Shown here in pieces: positions 41,837 to 51,401 of a DNA stretch of 64,000 bases. Position 1 is the first letter of the stretch; each line of letters begins with the position of its first letter. Both the position numbers and the translations under genes were made by a program. Origin of the DNA: Capsulimonadaceae bacterium (GTDB lineage: Bacteria > Armatimonadota > Armatimonadia > Armatimonadales > Capsulimonadaceae); the NCBI GenBank assembly GCA_965215505.1, contig OZ244065.1, forward strand, positions 4,672,001 to 4,736,000, written 5' to 3'. Under the pieces are notes generated by a model, which was not told where the DNA came from, ran no database searches, and saw only the letters and a list, made by a program, of their open reading frames with translations.

Positions 41837-42802
41837 TCACGACGCGGCGTAAATCTCGCGGAGTTTTTTCGCCTCCGCCGCCAGCTCCCGGCGCAGGGCA
41901 GGCGGCTCCAGGACCTCGACTTCGGCCCCGTAACCCAGCAGCCAGCGCTTCACCTCCGCCGTCCCTGCCAGGGCCAGCGTCATCTCCAGGCTGCCGTCCG
42001 CCGCTTCCGCGCACTGCTGGCTGGGGTGGTAGCGCCGCTCGCGTATCCAGCGGGCCTGGTAGGGCGAGAAGCGCACCCGCACCGTCACCAGCGCTTCCCC
42101 GTGATGCAGCGCGAAGCCGTGACTCAGGTAGGCTTCCACGTCGAAATCGGCGTCACGCGCGAAGGCATCTCCGGGCGGGAGCAGCGCCCACTCGCGGACG
42201 CGCCCCAGGAAGAAGTCGCGGAAGCCCTGCCGCCACTCGCACCAGGCGATCAGGTACGGCTCGCCGCGCCAGTGGTGCAGGTGGTACGGCTGCACGACCC
42301 GCTCGTTCACGTCGTCGCGGTGGGCGCTGTAGTAGAGGAGTTGGAGACGCCGCCGCTCCTCCAGCCCCCGGCGGCAGTCGTCCAGCAGAGCCGGGGACGC
42401 GCCCACGGCGCTCTGGGCCTGGATGGCACCGCCCATGCTCTCCGCCGCCGTCTCTGCTAAAGATGACAGGAAGGGCTGGAGGCGCTGGGCCAAGGCGCTG
42501 ACCGGCCCGGCGTCCGGCGCGGCCAGGTACTCGCGGGCGGCCAGGAGGGACCGGCGCAGGGTGGCGGCCTCCCGCTCGGTGAGGGCGAGGAACGGGAGCA
42601 GGTAGGTCGGGTCGGTGTAGGCCCACCCGCCGCGCCGCCGGTCGTAGACGAGGGGTGCGCCGAGGTTGTCCGTCAGGTGGCGGTGGTCGGCGAAGGCCGT
42701 GCGGCGGGAGACGCCGAACTGTTGGCAGACGGCCTCGGCGTTGGGGTAGTGCCGGCTGCGGATCTGGCTGTCGATCCAGTAAAGGCGTTCGATCTGAGAC
42801 AA
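41837..42802 (-). CDS. HTH-WYL-WCX transcriptional regulator
   Basis: ERLYWID..FGVSRRTAFAD HTH; ERVVQPYHL..YLIAWC..FRDFFLGRV WYL; VKRWLLGYGAEVEVLEP WCX. TTG start at 42802 inferred from GGAG RBS. Confidence 0.92.
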   Translation of the reverse strand: MSQIERLYWIDSQIRSRHYPNAEAVCQQFGVSRRTAFADHRHLTDNLGAPLVYDRRRGGWAYTDPTYLLPFLALTEREAATLRRSLLAAREYLAAPDAGPVSALAQRLQPFLSSLAETAAESMGGAIQAQSAVGASPALLDDCRRGLEERRRLQLLYYSAHRDDVNERVVQPYHLHHWRGEPYLIAWCEWRQGFRDFFLGRVREWALLPPGDAFARDADFDVEAYLSHGFALHHGEALVTVRVRFSPYQARWIRERRYHPSQQCAEAADGSLEMTLALAGTAEVKRWLLGYGAEVEVLEPPALRRELAAEAKKLREIYAAS

Positions 42803-43552
42803 GGGACACTCGCTCCATGCCGTGAAAAGCCGTAAAGGCGGTTTCTTGCTCTCTGTTCCATAGAGGCCCGGCTTTTTCCTGTCTGTGTCAAGGAACGGAG
42901 AACGTAAGTGCCATTCAATCGTCCGTTGCCTCGGTCTTTGCTTCCCCTGCCCATTGCCGCGAGGGGACGTCCGTCGCCCGGACCCAGCCACGACCTCTGA
43001 TCACCAGCGGTTTTTCCACAGGGTTATCCATAGTTGGCTTTCCAGCCTGCCGATTTTTGCGGAGGGCATTTACTGCTTTGATGCCTTACCCGGACGTGTG
43101 GCGTGGGTTATAATCTTGCGGGGAGAGTGGTTCCGCCCAGACGGAACCGTTCTTGGACAGCAAGGAAGATCAGGAAAGGATCTGGTACGGCGATCCGTTG
43201 CTCCCTGGACCCTGTCCGTTGTGTCACAACGTCCGCTGGTGCGGTCGGACGTGGGTTGACGCGGCGCGATCCTTCTGAGTCCCTCGTAACCCGTGCAAAG
43301 GTCTGACCATTATAAGCCGGGAACAACTGGAAGGGGTTTGTTCGCGCGAGCAAGCGATGGGCTAAGTCCCAGCCAGGAATATGCGGACAGGACTAGTCAG
43401 AGGCCCACGGTCAAACAGAACTGGTTGCATATCGTGAGGCTGAGAGGTGTGGGTGAGGCTTATAACTCTTGGCAAAGCCCACGCGCGGCCTCCCGGTCAG
43501 TATCCGCCACATTCCGTCCTAACAGAACGCCGGACTGCGGCACCAAAAGGGG

Positions 43553-45085
43553 TTAATGACGCTTACGCAGTTCTTCAACCACATCCGCTATGTTGAAGGG
43601 CAGATTCAGGATTTTGCAAGCCCTTTGGTATCTCTTCCTGAAATTGTCGGCTTTGCTCTCTATCTTTCCTGACTCTTGTAGGAACTTGTAAGCGCCTTGG
43701 TAAGAGGGCCAGCTTTTTTGCTTGATGTAAATGTGTAAGACGTCCCTCACCAGCCGGAGGCTGTCTTGGTTGGAGATTTTGTACCTGGTAGCTCCATGCG
43801 CTTTCCTCATAAGCGATGCTTGTTCCCTAAGATAGATCTCCCTGATGGTATCTGCCGTGACCCAGGAGTCAGCCTCAATCGTGATGCTGTCATGCGAAGC
43901 CTTCCCGTTCATCAGGCACTCAGCGGCCACACTGGCTGCATCCGAAGCGTCCATATTCACCACAATGCTTTTGGAAGTGCGGACACTCACCGGTCTATAA
44001 TCCGCCTTGTCGGTCAGGACGAACATAGCTTGCTCCCGGCGTCCACCTGGGATCGCGTTCATGACGATCCGCGAGATGAGAAGGTCATAAAGCTCCTCCA
44101 CCACTGAGCTCGTAAAGAAGCGGGTAAACCTGCCCGGCGTGTTTTCATTTTCACTCCCTTCGAGATCTGCTTCCCAGAAAAAAGGGTCACGGAGCAGTTT
44201 TACGGGTTTATGGTCCGACACCAGTGTCTTCTCAATGATGCAACTTCTGCTTCCTGTAGCCCCCGTGCTGCCCGAGGTTACTTCAATGCTGACCGTATAC
44301 TTGTACCAACGATGTACCTTCCCCAAAGAACCATAATGAACAACGGTTGAAGGATAAGTAACTGTCTGACCCTTCAGCCGCTTCCTCTGTTCAGGCGTAA
44401 CCACTTCTACGGCTTGATTTAGTACCTTCGCCTTATGATCCGTGACAGAGGCACCTAACCCCTCGATGTCTGTGAAAGAAAGATACCGGAGAGCGGGGGA
44501 GGAGAGAAAAGCCCGCGCCTGGGCTGTGGACAAAAGGCCTGAAGGCAGGTATTTCTCTCGAAACACTTGCACCTGCGGTAAGAACCCGCAAAGCACACCC
44601 CGATGCATTGAAATTGCTTCTATGCCTTCCCGCTCTTGGGGGCTGAACACTTCTAGACCAACAGGGATCTTCTCTTGCTGAAGAGGCTCCTTAGAAAGCT
44701 CAACACTCTCAGCCTGTTGACGGGAACTTTGTTGTGGCAGTGACCGAGGAGCCTTAGAACACAAGTCTCTTGCTATTTTCCTTTCGAGGTCGTTTTTTGC
44801 AACCCCTTGAAGAGCTGATTCAAAACTCTCCCATTGCCTGGCTTCTTCCCTTTTCTCCCTCGTTAGTTGTCCCTTCACTCGTTCAACTATTTCCGCTTTT
44901 TCGCGTTCATCTAGGCCATCGTGGACCCCTCCAATATCGTAATCTGCCGATAATCGTACAAGAAAATACAAAGTCGCTGTCGTAAACTCGACCAAATTTA
45001 ATCTTTCCCTGAGCCAGTCAAGTGAAGAAATCAGTTGCTCCTCATCCTCTTCCATTGCCCTGTCCATATCTTCAAAGTCAGACAT
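43553..45085 (-). CDS. Hypothetical protein
   Basis: Long ORF in AT-richer DNA; RBS GAGG before MSDFED; no family recognised. Confidence 0.7.
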   Translation of the reverse strand: MSDFEDMDRAMEEDEEQLISSLDWLRERLNLVEFTTATLYFLVRLSADYDIGGVHDGLDEREKAEIVERVKGQLTREKREEARQWESFESALQGVAKNDLERKIARDLCSKAPRSLPQQSSRQQAESVELSKEPLQQEKIPVGLEVFSPQEREGIEAISMHRGVLCGFLPQVQVFREKYLPSGLLSTAQARAFLSSPALRYLSFTDIEGLGASVTDHKAKVLNQAVEVVTPEQRKRLKGQTVTYPSTVVHYGSLGKVHRWYKYTVSIEVTSGSTGATGSRSCIIEKTLVSDHKPVKLLRDPFFWEADLEGSENENTPGRFTRFFTSSVVEELYDLLISRIVMNAIPGGRREQAMFVLTDKADYRPVSVRTSKSIVVNMDASDAASVAAECLMNGKASHDSITIEADSWVTADTIREIYLREQASLMRKAHGATRYKISNQDSLRLVRDVLHIYIKQKSWPSYQGAYKFLQESGKIESKADNFRKRYQRACKILNLPFNIADVVEELRKRH

Positions 45086-45214
45086 ATAAGCCTCTCTAAA
45101 TGTCTTGTGGATAATAGTACATGTCGTCAACGGGACGCGGAGCTAAGAGGGGCCACAATCAGCCTTTGAGTCCAATCTGCCACCGGAACGAACAACCTAC
45201 AGAGGAGGTAACGC

Positions 45215-45346
45215 ATGAAGCCTACGACACCGCACAGCCAACCCACGCCTAACCCGCATTGGGTCATGTTCTGGCAAAAAGTTCGAGCCGCAGCGGATGA
45301 GTTACGCCGCCTCGAAGCCGAGCAGGCTCAGGGCGACCAGCTTTAG
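45215..45346 (+). CDS. Small hypothetical protein (43 aa)
   Basis: RBS GAGGAGG; MKPTTPHSQPTPNPHWVMFWQKVRAAADELRRLEAEQAQGDQL; below the ORF-track cutoff. Confidence 0.55.
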   Translation: MKPTTPHSQPTPNPHWVMFWQKVRAAADELRRLEAEQAQGDQL

Positions 45347-45539
45347 ATCGAGATCACAAGGAGATCACAATGAACAGTGTTCCATTCAATCGCCCCACAG
45401 GCAGCCCCGGCCCGCGCCGCCCCGTTCTGCCGCCCCGTCTCTTTCTCGACTTGCCCTTACCTGGCCTGGGGCAAACGAGTATTACCGGGGCGCAAACGCC
45501 ACCGGCGGGCGTCACGGAGTGGGAGAGGGGAAAAGCCTG

Positions 45540-46463
45540 ATGTTCCCAGACTACCTCACGTTCAGCGTGCCCCTGCCCGTGGCAGAGTGGCTACTAGGCA
45601 GCCTGACCAGCCCCTACATGAGCAAGCGCTCCCCGTCAAGCACTTATGAAGAGGTGAGACGTTGCGGCGGCGTCTCAATCTCCGTGCCCGCCAACCCGAA
45701 CGCGGAGGCGCGTGTCGAAGTGACAGGTGACGGCTGCCGCGAACTGGAAGCGGCGGGCACGGTAGCCCATTGGCCGACGTTTCTGAGGAGCCTGCTGAAT
45801 GACGGAGCAAGGTTCACGCGCTTTGACTTCGCCATTGACGATCAAATCGGCCTCCTCAATCTCGACCACATCATCACCGCCTGTGAAGAGGGGCGCGTCG
45901 TGTCAGCCTACAAGAGCGTGGACTTCCGCCCCAAGCTGGACGGGACCACCGGCCAGATCATCGGGCGGGGTGTCACGTTCGGCACACGCGGATCGGAGAG
46001 CTACGTTCGCATCTATGACAAGGAGTTACAGCAGGCCGTCCCTGGGCACTGGATCAGAGTGGAGCTAGAGACGCGCAAAGAAAGGGCACAAGCACTGGCA
46101 GAGGCGATCGCCAAGCGCGGGGCACAAGTCGTGCCCCCCATTCTACTCAGCTACCTCAATTTCAAGGTGCAAGGGCGAGACAAGAGGCGGTGCCGCTGGA
46201 AAACGGAAAGCTGGTGGACAACCTTCCTGGGCACGACGCGACGCCGCCGGCTAGAAGTCGCGCCCCGGAACGTGAGCCTGGAGAAGACTTACCGTTGGCT
46301 GATCCGCAGTGTCGCACCGGCGTTCGCGCGAGTATATGACAGTGGGATAGGTGAGCAGCTTATCACGCAGATGCTGGCGCACGGGCGGTCGAGGCTGAAC
46401 CGTATCCCCGCCACGGCTACCAGGAGTGAGGCAGAGCCAGCGGCGAAGGCGGAGCATCCGTGA
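45540..46463 (+). CDS. Rep_trans-family replication initiator / MOBT-like relaxase
   Basis: DYLTFS, VTGDGCRELE, TRFDFAIDD, FGTRGS..VRIYDK..WIRVELE. ATG overlaps an upstream TGA. Confidence 0.88.
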   Translation: MFPDYLTFSVPLPVAEWLLGSLTSPYMSKRSPSSTYEEVRRCGGVSISVPANPNAEARVEVTGDGCRELEAAGTVAHWPTFLRSLLNDGARFTRFDFAIDDQIGLLNLDHIITACEEGRVVSAYKSVDFRPKLDGTTGQIIGRGVTFGTRGSESYVRIYDKELQQAVPGHWIRVELETRKERAQALAEAIAKRGAQVVPPILLSYLNFKVQGRDKRRCRWKTESWWTTFLGTTRRRRLEVAPRNVSLEKTYRWLIRSVAPAFARVYDSGIGEQLITQMLAHGRSRLNRIPATATRSEAEPAAKAEHP

Positions 46464-46568
46464 AGGCATGACAGACCAGCGCGGTCAATCGGAGCCGCCT
46501 CGCGGCCCCTTGACTTCAATTCCAGCCGCCGCCACAACCTTGGGGAGCGCACTGGCAGCAGGACGGTT

Positions 46569-46853
46569 TTAGCTGCCTGTGCGTTTCCCGGCCACGGCGA
46601 GTGCAGCGGAGGATGTCTCCTGCAACGACGCCACATCGCGCTTTCGCCCGCGCCCCGGCCCGCGCGGCTTGATGGTACGCTTGATGCCGTTGTAACTGCC
46701 CGGCTGGTAAGCATCGAGGTCAGCCGCGCGCAGTGCAATCCGATCCAGGACGCGCACGGAAGGCAGCAGGCCCCGCTCGATTGCCTTATAAATGGTGGGC
46801 AGCGAGACGCCCTTAATCTCGGCGGCCTTCTTCGGCGTAAGGTACTCGTCCAT
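46569..46853 (-). CDS. Excisionase-like HTH DNA-binding protein
   Basis: YLTPKKAAEIKGVSLPTIYKAIERGLLPS; divergent from the recombinase. Confidence 0.82.
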   Translation of the reverse strand: MDEYLTPKKAAEIKGVSLPTIYKAIERGLLPSVRVLDRIALRAADLDAYQPGSYNGIKRTIKPRGPGRGRKRDVASLQETSSAALAVAGKRTGS

Positions 46854-47432
46854 GTGTCTCCTGATGCTCGTTTGCCGTGGCAGTTCCTGCTTGTTGTCTA
46901 ACAGTGAATACATTATGACACAAAGAACGCTGGAAGTCCAAACTGTTCTCCTTTCAATATTTAGGAGGAATATCTAGGCCACTTGATATTTAATGTACAA
47001 AACAGTATACTTATAATGCGGCCCTGACCGCCTGAATGAGCGTCGTCACACTAGCCGCTAGGCTGTTCGCCCTGCTTCACGGAGACAGCGCCGCCCACAC
47101 CGAGGCGCGGGCGCGGCCCAGCATCAAAAGCCGTGCGGTACTTTGGGAAGACGGCTACGAGGCTCGCAGCATGAGGCTGGGGTTGTTGCCGGCAACTTCC
47201 CCTAGACAACTTGTACCAGTTCCTGCGGCTTCGATAAGCTGGCCCCGTTCGGCTCATACTGATCCTGCTTGCGCCTTCCCACGTTTCCGTTTGGACGGAG
47301 GCGTGGGGAGTCTCGTGGCAATTGGGGAGGCTTACCGCTCGGCCCTTTGCAGTCCGCCTGAGAGGTTTTTTCATCAAGTAGTCGGGTCCAGGTAGGGGCG
47401 CGGCTGCCATAGCAATGCATAGGAGAAGCATC

Positions 47433-49166
47433 ATGACAACCCCAGACTTCAACAAGTCAAAAGGCGCGGTCCTCTACACCCGCGTCAGCACCGGCGACCA
47501 GGACAAAAACGGGACAAGCCCGGAGACGCAGCTTTCCGCCTGTCGGGCTAGGGCGCTCGCTGAGGGCCTGCCCGTCGTCGCACAGTATCATGACGGCGGC
47601 ATATCAGGCGGCTTCCTGCTGACCCGCGCGGGGATGCAGGCGGCCCTTGCCGACATCCAGGCCGGGCGGGCTGACACGCTCATCTGCGCCAACATCAGCC
47701 GCTACAGCCGTGACACCGAACATCAGCAGGCGATCAAGAAGGCCGTCAAAGCGGCGGGCGGCCATCTCGTATTCTGCGACATGGCGTTTGATGACACGCC
47801 GGAGGGGGATCTCGCATTCGGCGTGATGGGGACTTTCGCCGAGTATGAGCGCAAAGTGATTCGCCAGAGGACCATGCGGGGCAAGAGGAAGCGCGCGGAG
47901 GAGGGGCAGCAACCGCAGCGCAGCCGGTCCCCCTACGGCTATCACATCGTCACCAACGCCGAAGTGGCCGCCGGGCTGCACCCTGCCCACCTGCGCGGGC
48001 GCTACCTCGTTCTGGAACCGATGGCCGGTATGGTGCGGCGCATCTTCGCCGATTATCACTCCGGGGCGTTCAGCCTGTCCGCGCTGTGCCTCGCGCTGAA
48101 CCGTGAGGGGGTTGCGACGCCCGGCCACGGGAGAGCCTGGCAGGAGGCCACACTGCGGGTCATCCTGATGAACCCCGTTTATAAGGGCGAACCCGTCAGC
48201 GGGCGGCAGAAGTGCGTCACCGACGAGAGCCGCATCGGGCAACGGCACAAGCTGACGGGCCGCCCCATCCGCACTCCGTACACGCGCACCCTGGCCCCTC
48301 CTGATGACCTCCTGACGCTCTCCGCCCCACCTCTGGTTGACGCCGAGGTTTGGGAGGCCGTGCAGTCGCGCCTGACCCGCATGAGCGGCGAGGGTGGCGG
48401 CAGCCCGCGTCAGGTGAGGATGCTGTCGGGCCACACGGTCTGCCCCTACTGCGGCGGCAAAGCCGGCATCAAGTACCAGAAGGCGAACGGGAAGAGATAC
48501 CGCTACTTCACCTGCAACCAGCACAAACAGGCGCGGCGCGGACACGAAGGTTCTCCGTGCCGGGGCGAGCTGTATCCGGTGGAGACAGTAGAACAGGCCG
48601 TGTTGCAGTCCCTTCGGGATGCTTGGCAGAAGCCCGCCGCAGTCCAGGCGGCCCTGCACGTCTACACCGAGCCGATGCCGCTCAACAAGCGGACGGGCGA
48701 AGACGCCGAAACCCGGAAGGCCTTGGACGACCTGAAGGTGGAAGAGCAGGCGACCGCACAGGCCCAGGTCGCAGCCATCCGCGCGGGTGCATCACCAGAC
48801 GCTTTCGCGCCCCTCTTCGCTGACATCGCCGCCCGGCGAAAGGCGTTACTGGCGCAACAGCAACCGGCGGCCATGAGCGGTGCGGCGGACGAAACGGGGA
48901 AGCCGGGCCGGGCAGGGCGGAAGAGCACCAATGTTGATCTGAAGATGGCCTGCCTGGCGATGGAGGAGGCGTGGCGCGTTCTGACCAGTGAAGGGGTCGA
49001 GGGGCACGTCAAACGCGATCTGCTGCTGACACTGGTAGAGAAGGTGATCTGCCACAAAGACGGGGCTGAAGTCGTGTTTCTCCCCGGCGTGTTCGGGGAC
49101 GCCGGGGAGGGCGACGGGGTATCAACCCTTTATACCACCTGCATCGGCATCAGGACGCACAGGTAG
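47433..49166 (+). CDS. Large serine recombinase (integrase)
   Basis: LYTRVST catalytic motif, SRYSRD, FAEYERKVIRQRT, PYGY, ILMNPVYKG, Zn ribbon CPYCGG..YFTC; RBS AGGAG. Confidence 0.95.
   Translation: MTTPDFNKSKGAVLYTRVSTGDQDKNGTSPETQLSACRARALAEGLPVVAQYHDGGISGGFLLTRAGMQAALADIQAGRADTLICANISRYSRDTEHQQAIKKAVKAAGGHLVFCDMAFDDTPEGDLAFGVMGTFAEYERKVIRQRTMRGKRKRAEEGQQPQRSRSPYGYHIVTNAEVAAGLHPAHLRGRYLVLEPMAGMVRRIFADYHSGAFSLSALCLALNREGVATPGHGRAWQEATLRVILMNPVYKGEPVSGRQKCVTDESRIGQRHKLTGRPIRTPYTRTLAPPDDLLTLSAPPLVDAEVWEAVQSRLTRMSGEGGGSPRQVRMLSGHTVCPYCGGKAGIKYQKANGKRYRYFTCNQHKQARRGHEGSPCRGELYPVETVEQAVLQSLRDAWQKPAAVQAALHVYTEPMPLNKRTGEDAETRKALDDLKVEEQATAQAQVAAIRAGASPDAFAPLFADIAARRKALLAQQQPAAMSGAADETGKPGRAGRKSTNVDLKMACLAMEEAWRVLTSEGVEGHVKRDLLLTLVEKVICHKDGAEVVFLPGVFGDAGEGDGVSTLYTTCIGIRTHR
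49130..49146. repeat. Right attachment-site direct repeat (dnaN 3' end, inside recombinase ORF)
   Basis: TTATACCACCTGCATCG; encodes the end of ..PMQVV* on minus and YTTCI on plus. Confidence 0.85.
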
Positions 49167-49885
49167 TCGGCGTCGTCGGTGGGGCGGATGACGCCGGGGT
49201 GCAGCGGCTCGGTCAGCTCGATGTGCAGGCCCTCGGTGTCCAGCACGTTCAGCACGTCGGCCAGGTACTTGGCGTTGAAGGCGATCTCCACCAGGCTGGC
49301 GTCGCCCGCGCGGGCCACCTCCACCTCCTCGTAGGCGTTGCCGACGCTCCCGCTCTCCGCCGTGATGGTCAGCCGGTCGCCGTCCTCGGTCGTCCGCAGG
49401 ACGACCCGGCTGGCCGAGTCGCGGGCGACGATGGAGGCGCGCTTGACGGCGGCGGCCAGGGGCGCGCGCTCGACGGTCAGGGTCTTGGTGGCCTGGGCGG
49501 GGATGACGCGCTCGTAGTTTGGGAACTGGCCGTCGATCAGGCGCGAGATCAGGGTCGTCTTGCTGCCCTGCCCGTCACTCTTATCGCCTTCCCCCTTGCC
49601 GCCGCCGTTCTCGATCTGGAACTGGATCTGGTTGCCGGACAGGGTGACGACCACCTCGCCGTCCTCGTTGCCGATGATGCGGAGAAGCTCGTTCATGGCG
49701 CGCGACGGCACGATGGCGCTGGCGCTGCCCGACCCCTCCTTGACGGGGCAGTCGCGGACGGCCAGGCGGTGGGTGTCGGTGGCGACCAGGCGCAGGCTGT
49801 CGCCCTGGAAGACGACCAGGACGCCGGTGAGGATGGCGCGGGTCTCGTCGGTGGAGGTGGCGAAGATGGTCTGCTTGATGGCGTC
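49130..49885 (-). pseudogene. dnaN: DNA polymerase III beta clamp, 5'-truncated (domains II-III only)
   Basis: DETRAILTG, VATDTHRLA, SRLIDGQFPNYERVIP, IAFNAKYL, VLMPM. The N-terminal third is absent and no dnaA lies upstream. Confidence 0.88.
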
Positions 49886-50042
49886 GGGCATCCCCGGTGA
49901 AGCCATCCGGCTGAGGGCGTTGAGCAGGAGACGAGAACGCGGCTCCCGGCCCGCCGCATCTGCAATGAACGCGACCTACCTGTGCCGCAGAGCCATGACC
50001 ACATAAAACCGAACACACCGCATCCGCGCATCGTCAGGCCTG

Positions 50043-51383
50043 TCACGGCGCGGGGGAGGGGACGGAGGGCAGGCCGCGCGCGCCGTCCGCAGACACCGAC
50101 CGGACGGCAAACAGGTAGTCGTCTTTGGACAGGGGGAGCGTGACTGTCTCCGCCCCCTCGACCCGTTTAAAGCCGGTCCAGTCGGGCGCGTCCGTCGGAC
50201 GCCATAACACCTCGTAAGCCGCCGCGTTCGGCACACGCCCCCAGGAGAGTTTCGTCTCCGGGCTGAGGTCGGCTTTCAGCAGGACACTCGGCGGCGGGGC
50301 GGGGGCGGAGGCAAGCGAGGCGACAGTCGCGGCGTTCACGCGGGCGACGCGCGCCAGATACTCGTAGTCCACGAACTGCGGCAGGTCGCCGTACTGGACG
50401 CCTTTTTCCACGCGCACGTCCTGGTGCTGGTGCCGCCAGTCCTCGTTCATCTCGGTGAAGCGCACGGCGGGAAAGCCGCGCTGGACGAACGGGGCGTGGT
50501 CCCCGCCGCGCAGATAGCGGTCCAGGCGGTAGACGAGCGCGACGCCGAAGCCGGGCACATAGCGACGGCCCGCGTCCAGGACGGACCGCGCCAGTGTCCG
50601 GGCGGGCGTGTCGGCGTCCGTCCCCGCCGACCGCCTGCGGGCGGTCTGGGCCGCCGTCTCCGTCGGGTCCGCGCCCGAGGCGAACACCCGGACGTGCGAG
50701 TCGTCGTGGATGCCGCCTTGCCCGTGCGAGTTGCCGACGATGTCGTTCGTGATCATCGCCTCCACGTCAACCTTGCCGTCAGTCATCTCCTGCGCCAGGT
50801 GCGTCGAGCCGTACAGCCCCTGCTCCTCCCCCGTCACGGCGACGAACTTGACCGTTGCCGCATAGTGGTGGCCCGCCATCAGCCGGGCCAGTTCCAGCGC
50901 GACGGCCACCCCCGAGGCGTCGTCGTTCGCCCCCGGCGCGGTCGCCGAGGCGTTCATCACGTCCGTGACGCGCGAGTCGTAGTGCCCGCTGATGATGATG
51001 ACCCGCTCCGGCGTCTCGTCGCCCGGCAGCGTCGCCACAACGTCCGTCAGCGAGACGGGCGCGGGCAGACGCTCCCCCGCAGGCTGCGTCCAGGTGTCCC
51101 GCTCGACTCGGAGCCGCCCGCCGTTAGCCGCCGAGACCGCCTGAAACTGCGCCGCGATCCAGTTCACCGCGAGTGCGCTGCCGGTCGGCGAGAGCGTGTG
51201 GCGCGTCGGGAACGACGCCAGCGTCCGCACCGTGTTTTCCAGCCGCGCCGCCGAGACGCCGCCGACGACGGCCTGCACCCCGGCGTCTTTATCCGGCGGG
51301 GCCGCGCCCGCCGCGCCGGCAAAAAGAAGCAGCGTGGCCGCGAAAGGGGCGGAGAGGAAAAAGGGAAATCGGAGCGTCGTCAT
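50043..51383 (-). CDS. M28 family metallopeptidase, secreted
   Basis: GHYDSR, PGANDDASG, GEEQGLYGS, GGDHAPF. Confidence 0.92.
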   Translation of the reverse strand: MTTLRFPFFLSAPFAATLLLFAGAAGAAPPDKDAGVQAVVGGVSAARLENTVRTLASFPTRHTLSPTGSALAVNWIAAQFQAVSAANGGRLRVERDTWTQPAGERLPAPVSLTDVVATLPGDETPERVIIISGHYDSRVTDVMNASATAPGANDDASGVAVALELARLMAGHHYAATVKFVAVTGEEQGLYGSTHLAQEMTDGKVDVEAMITNDIVGNSHGQGGIHDDSHVRVFASGADPTETAAQTARRRSAGTDADTPARTLARSVLDAGRRYVPGFGVALVYRLDRYLRGGDHAPFVQRGFPAVRFTEMNEDWRHQHQDVRVEKGVQYGDLPQFVDYEYLARVARVNAATVASLASAPAPPPSVLLKADLSPETKLSWGRVPNAAAYEVLWRPTDAPDWTGFKRVEGAETVTLPLSKDDYLFAVRSVSADGARGLPSVPSPAP

Positions 51384-51401
51384 GCAGTAGTTCTTTCGTT
51401 G

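Larger units (their letters stand above)
11880..49146. mobile_element. Integrative element / genomic island inserted at a dnaN 3' end
   Basis: 17-bp terminal direct repeat. Serine recombinase, excisionase-like HTH and Rep_trans genes at the right end. Accessory and defence cargo with mixed base composition. Confidence 0.78.

Noticed and set aside
42803-42991. N-terminal extension of the WYL ORF given in the ORF track
   Set aside because: Homology starts at SQIERL, and a TTG with an RBS lies at 42802.
47036-47455. ORFs between the excisionase-like gene and the recombinase
   Set aside because: No motifs or clear RBS; cannot be supported from sequence alone.
49130-49906. Functional chromosomal dnaN marking the replication origin
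   Set aside because: N-terminal domain missing and no dnaA, recF or gyrB nearby.
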